This document shows positions 60,441 through 64,000 of a stretch of DNA of 64,000 bases, piece after piece. Under the pieces are notes generated by a model that searched no databases, had not been told where the DNA came from, and saw only the letters and a list, made by a program, of their open reading frames with translations. Both the position numbers and the translations under genes were made by a program. This DNA is from a virus: IMG/VR virus record IMGVR_UViG_3300042937_001707, positions 14,985 to 78,984 of that record. One strand, given 5' to 3'. Within the stretch, counting starts at the first letter, position 1. Each line of letters starts with the position of its first letter.

Positions 60441-61088
60441 ATGAAACTTTTAAGAGAAGACATAGAAGATTTCGAAGTGTTAACGGAATCTACTAAAGAC
60501 GGTAGCAAAAATTATTATATCCAAGGACCATTCATGCAAGCGGATACACCAAACCGTAACGGAAGAATGTACCCTAGATCGGTTATGGAAAGTGCTGTAG
60601 GAAAGTATATCGAAGAAATGGTTTCTAAAAATAGAGCAGTAGGAACTTTGGGTCACGAAGAGTCCCCTAAAATTTCAGAAAATAAAATCTCACATCTAAT
60701 CACAGATTTAAGATTTGAAGGTAATGACGTTTGGGGTAAGGCAAAAGTTTTAGAAACCGCTTCTGGTAAAGAATTAAAAGCGTTAATCGAAGGTGGAGTT
60801 TCTTTTGGTTGTTCTTCTAGGGCATTAGGTTCTCTTAAAGAAGGAGCAAACGGAATCAAAGTTGTACAAGACGATTTTACAATTTCTTGCGTTGATGCAG
60901 TATTACAACCCTCTGGAATGTCTTGTTGGGTTGATGGTATTATGGAAGAAGCAGAATGGATTATGGTTAATGGAGAATGGGTAAAATCTAACCTAGAAAA
61001 ATCCCAAGAAATGATAAGGAAAGCATCTAAACATGATATTGAAAAGGTTGCTTTACAAATATTTGAAAACTATATCAATAGGTTATAA
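60441..61088 (+). CDS. gp21: Prohead protease
   Basis: IQGPFMQAD.PNRNGRMY, LGH, SHLI, GCSSRALGSL, DAVLQPS. Confidence 0.95.
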   Translation: MKLLREDIEDFEVLTESTKDGSKNYYIQGPFMQADTPNRNGRMYPRSVMESAVGKYIEEMVSKNRAVGTLGHEESPKISENKISHLITDLRFEGNDVWGKAKVLETASGKELKALIEGGVSFGCSSRALGSLKEGANGIKVVQDDFTISCVDAVLQPSGMSCWVDGIMEEAEWIMVNGEWVKSNLEKSQEMIRKASKHDIEKVALQIFENYINRL

Positions 61089-61107
61089 ATATTAAATTTT
61101 ATAAATA
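61084..61107 (+). promoter_or_regulatory. Tandem T4-type late promoters (gp22)
   Basis: TATAAATA at 61084 and 61100. Confidence 0.8.
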
Positions 61108-61139
61108 CTTTAAAGAATTGTATATCTAAGGAGATAAAA

Positions 61140-62468
61140 ATGTCTAATTATAATTTATCAGAAGCAGCTGCTGAAATTTTAACTCAAAGCGTTAAATCTG
61201 CTGGAAAGGAAAATTTCGGTGCTGGCAAAAAACTAACCCCAACCCCAGGACAAAAAGAAGTTGACCTAGGAACCGCAGGTCATAAGACCACTGATGCCAA
61301 CTATGATGCTGCAAAGGAAATTTCTCAAGCAACATTACCTACTGGTAAAGGTGTCGCTTCAGAACCTATGAAAAAGTTATCTGGACAACCAGCACAAAGC
61401 GGTTCAGTTAACCAACCAGAAGGCGAAGAAACTTCCGAAGAAGGTAAAGTTAACCGTAAGAAAGGTCCAGTCGCAAAAGCTACTTCTCCAGTAAATTCTG
61501 GCGCTAAAGCTCCATACGTCCCTGAAGACGAAGCAGAAGAAGAATGGGAACCAGAAGAAGAAGATCAAGAATGGGAAGATGAAGAACTAGAAGAAGCAAC
61601 CATGGAAGAAGTTATGAAAGACTTAGAATCTATGGATGAAGAAGCATTCGAAGAAAAGTATGGTTGTGATAAAGGTTCTGCAAAAGATCAAATGGAAAAA
61701 ATTTCTAAGAAAGAAGCAAAGAAAGCAGAAATGGATAAAACTATGAAAGAAGATATCGAAGCAATGCTTTCTGGCGAAAACCTTTCTGAAGAATTCAAAG
61801 GTAAAGCTTCTATGATTTTCGAAGCCGCAGTTAATTCTCGTGTAGAAATGATTGCCGAAGAACTGGAAGAAAAATTCACTGAACAGTTTGAAGAAACTGT
61901 TGAACTAGTCAAAGAAGATTTCGCCGAAAAGCTAGATTCTTATCTTGACTATGTAGTAGAAAATTGGATGGAAGAAAATACTCTTGCCGTCGAAAAAGGA
62001 CTTCGTTCTGAGATCGTAGAAGATTTCATCGGAGCTTTAAAGAATGTGTTTGTTGAACACTATATTGATATTCCAGAAGATAGAGTTGACGTTGTTGAAG
62101 AATTAGTATCTAAGGTTGAAGAACTAGAAGATACAGTCAACGAACATATCGAAAAGAATATCGAACTTAAGAAGAAACTTTACGAACACGAAAAGCAAGA
62201 AGCAATTCATGCTGTATGCGAAGGTTTAACCCTTTCTCAAGCAGAGAAAATTAAGTCTTTAGCGAAAAGTGTAGAGTTTGTTTCTGAAGAAGATTTTTCT
62301 GATAAGTTGGAAACTATTAAGGAATCTTATTTCCCAACTACCATTAAATCTGCTTCTCCAGACGCACTTAACGAAACCGTTGAATTCGATGAAGATGCTA
62401 CGACAAAAGTTGTCGATCCTGTAATCGAAGCATACGTTAATAAAATCGGAAAACTTTATAAGTTTTAA
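61140..62468 (+). CDS. gp22: Prohead core scaffolding protein
   Basis: LSEEFKGKASMIFEAAV, LDSYLDYVVENWMEEN, FVEHYIDIP, KLETIKESYF. Confidence 0.93.
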   Translation: MSNYNLSEAAAEILTQSVKSAGKENFGAGKKLTPTPGQKEVDLGTAGHKTTDANYDAAKEISQATLPTGKGVASEPMKKLSGQPAQSGSVNQPEGEETSEEGKVNRKKGPVAKATSPVNSGAKAPYVPEDEAEEEWEPEEEDQEWEDEELEEATMEEVMKDLESMDEEAFEEKYGCDKGSAKDQMEKISKKEAKKAEMDKTMKEDIEAMLSGENLSEEFKGKASMIFEAAVNSRVEMIAEELEEKFTEQFEETVELVKEDFAEKLDSYLDYVVENWMEENTLAVEKGLRSEIVEDFIGALKNVFVEHYIDIPEDRVDVVEELVSKVEELEDTVNEHIEKNIELKKKLYEHEKQEAIHAVCEGLTLSQAEKIKSLAKSVEFVSEEDFSDKLETIKESYFPTTIKSASPDALNETVEFDEDATTKVVDPVIEAYVNKIGKLYKF

Positions 62469-62472
62469 TTTT

Positions 62473-62480
62473 TATAAATA
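62473..62480 (+). promoter_or_regulatory. T4-type late promoter (gp23)
   Basis: TATAAATA plus AAGGAG SD. Confidence 0.88.
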
Positions 62481-62510
62481 ATTAATACCAAATATTAAGG
62501 AGAAACAACA

Positions 62511-63815
62511 ATGTACTTAGACGAACAAGTAATGAATAAATGGAGTCCAGTTCTAGATCATCCAGAACTACCTACCATTACCGACCCATACAAGAAAGCC
62601 GTTACTGCTATGGTTCTAGAAAACCAACAAGCAGCAATGGATTCCGATCGTCAAACCCTAATGGAAGCACCAACCAACGTAACTGGTTCTTCTATCAGCA
62701 ATTTCGATCCAATCCTAATCAGCCTAGTTAGACGTGCTCTACCTAATTTGATTGCTTATGACGTTGCTGGCGTACAACCAATGACTGGTCCTACTGGACT
62801 AATCTTTGCTCTACGTTCCAAATACGGTTCACAAACTGGCGCAGAAGCGTTCTATAACGAAGCCAATACTATCTTCTCTGGTATTGTTGGTGTTTCTAAT
62901 AATAGCGATACTTCTACCAACCCAGTCGCAAACGTTGCTAACACCGCTGCGTTCACCACTGGTAAAGGTCTATCTACCGCTCAAGGCGAAAACCTAGGAG
63001 ACGCTGCTGGTCTTGCTTTCCCAGAAATGGCACTAAGCATTGACAAGGTAACTGTTACTGCGAATACTCGCGCTCTAAAGGCAGAATATTCTCTAGAACT
63101 AGCTCAAGACCTAAAAGCTATCCATGGTCTAGACGCTGAAACCGAACTAAGCAACATTCTATCTACTGAAATCCTAGCGGAAATTAACCGTGAAGTTATC
63201 CGTACGATCTACACTGTTGCTAAGCCAGGTGCTCAATGGGGTACTGTTACTCCAGGCGTTTTCGATCTAGATACCGATTCTAACGGTCGTTGGTCTGTTG
63301 AACGTTTCAAGGGTCTAATTTACCACATCGAACGCGAAGCTAACGCAATTGCGAAAGAAACTCGTAGAGGGAAAGGTAATATCCTTATCGTTTCTTCTGA
63401 CGTAGCTTCTGCTCTAGCAATGGCTGGTGTTCTACAATACACCCCAGCACTATCTGCTGATCTACAAGTTGACGATACTGGTAATACTTTCTGCGGTATG
63501 CTACATGGTCGTATTAAGGTCTATATCGACCCATACTTCAATGGCATGTCTGCTGGTACTGAACTAGTTACCGTTGGTTATAAGGGTACTTCTCCTTATG
63601 ACTCAGGTCTATTCTATTGCCCATATGTACCTCTACAAATGGTTCGTGCAGTTGATCCTGCTACCTTCCAACCAAAAATCGGATTCAAAACCCGTTATGG
63701 TATGGTTGCAAACCCATTTGCTGAAGGTGCTGCTCCTACTAATGTTGGCGGTGGCGCTCTAACTGCTCGTAAGAACACTTACTATCGTATCTTCACAGTT
63801 AAGAACATTGCCTAA
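62511..63815 (+). CDS. gp23: Major capsid protein
   Basis: KWSPVLDH, LISLVRRALPNLIAYDVAGVQPMTGPTGLIFA, RALKAEYSLELAQDLKAIHGLDAE, FQPKIGFKTRYG. Confidence 0.98.
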   Translation: MYLDEQVMNKWSPVLDHPELPTITDPYKKAVTAMVLENQQAAMDSDRQTLMEAPTNVTGSSISNFDPILISLVRRALPNLIAYDVAGVQPMTGPTGLIFALRSKYGSQTGAEAFYNEANTIFSGIVGVSNNSDTSTNPVANVANTAAFTTGKGLSTAQGENLGDAAGLAFPEMALSIDKVTVTANTRALKAEYSLELAQDLKAIHGLDAETELSNILSTEILAEINREVIRTIYTVAKPGAQWGTVTPGVFDLDTDSNGRWSVERFKGLIYHIEREANAIAKETRRGKGNILIVSSDVASALAMAGVLQYTPALSADLQVDDTGNTFCGMLHGRIKVYIDPYFNGMSAGTELVTVGYKGTSPYDSGLFYCPYVPLQMVRAVDPATFQPKIGFKTRYGMVANPFAEGAAPTNVGGGALTARKNTYYRIFTVKNIA

Positions 63816-63832
63816 TCTATTAGGGAATAACG

Positions 63833-63858
63833 AAAAGGGGACTTCGGTCCCCTTTTTT
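63833..63858 (+). terminator. Rho-independent, probably bidirectional terminator after gp23
   Basis: aaaaggggac-ttcg-gtcccctttttt, with a cUUCGg tetraloop. Confidence 0.93.
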
Positions 63859-63859
63859 A

Positions 63860-64000
63860 TTATTTTAAATTCTTTTCTATAAATTCTAATATTGTTTTTT
63901 GATCGTCAAACTTATCGTTAGGAAATACTTCAGTATAATCCATATATTCAAAATTGGCTAAAATATTATCAATCTTGGTATTTCTACCTTTTAAAAACGT
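63860..64000 (-). CDS. 3' end of a convergent gene (possibly a P-loop nucleotide kinase), truncated by the window edge
   Basis: Open minus-strand frame TFLKGRNTKIDNILANFEYMDYTEVFPNDKFDDQKTILEFIEKNLK* ending at the terminator. Confidence 0.5.
   Translation of the reverse strand, partial: TFLKGRNTKIDNILANFEYMDYTEVFPNDKFDDQKTILEFIEKNLK

Noticed and set aside
813-63762. Other short (60-230 aa) overlapping ORFs in the six-frame track
   Set aside because: They lie inside well-supported + strand genes and have no independent signals or motifs.
1-64000. Stop-codon reassignment, tRNA or rRNA genes
   Set aside because: Core genes are full length in the standard code and end in TAA, TAG or TGA. Intergenic gaps are short and show no cloverleaf.

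Overview
This AT-rich window is the virion morphogenesis (late) region of a T4-like myovirus. Almost every gene is on the + strand, and many are preceded by T4-type late promoters (TATAAATA). The order is baseplate genes (gp27-like hub, gp5 without lysozyme, gp25, gp6, gp7, gp8), then a VrlC/DUF4815-like giant protein and an expanded fibre/adhesin island (about 12-48 kb), then the conserved block gp13-14-15-16-17-18-19-20-(67)-(68)-21-22-23. Two things stand out. (1) One apparent late operon (36.0-46.0 kb) holds three paralogous, length-matched collagen fibre genes. Each Gly-X-Y domain starts at residue 36, spans 384, 389 or 384 residues, and is followed by an S74 chaperone. Two 2OG-Fe(II) hydroxylases, a GT2/TPR/2OG-like fusion and a GT2/methyltransferase fusion follow directly, giving a candidate phage pathway for building and modifying a heterotrimeric collagen. 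(2) The large terminase is fractured into two genes joined by an atypically split intein (31-aa IntN, 105-aa IntC), with a free-standing HNH endonuclease gene between the halves. Smaller signals include a shared C-terminal DGGxF tag, a duplicated leader and mini-ORF with an SD-sequestering hairpin, and strong CTA-Leu bias in gp23. All family assignments come from motif recognition by eye; no database searches were run.
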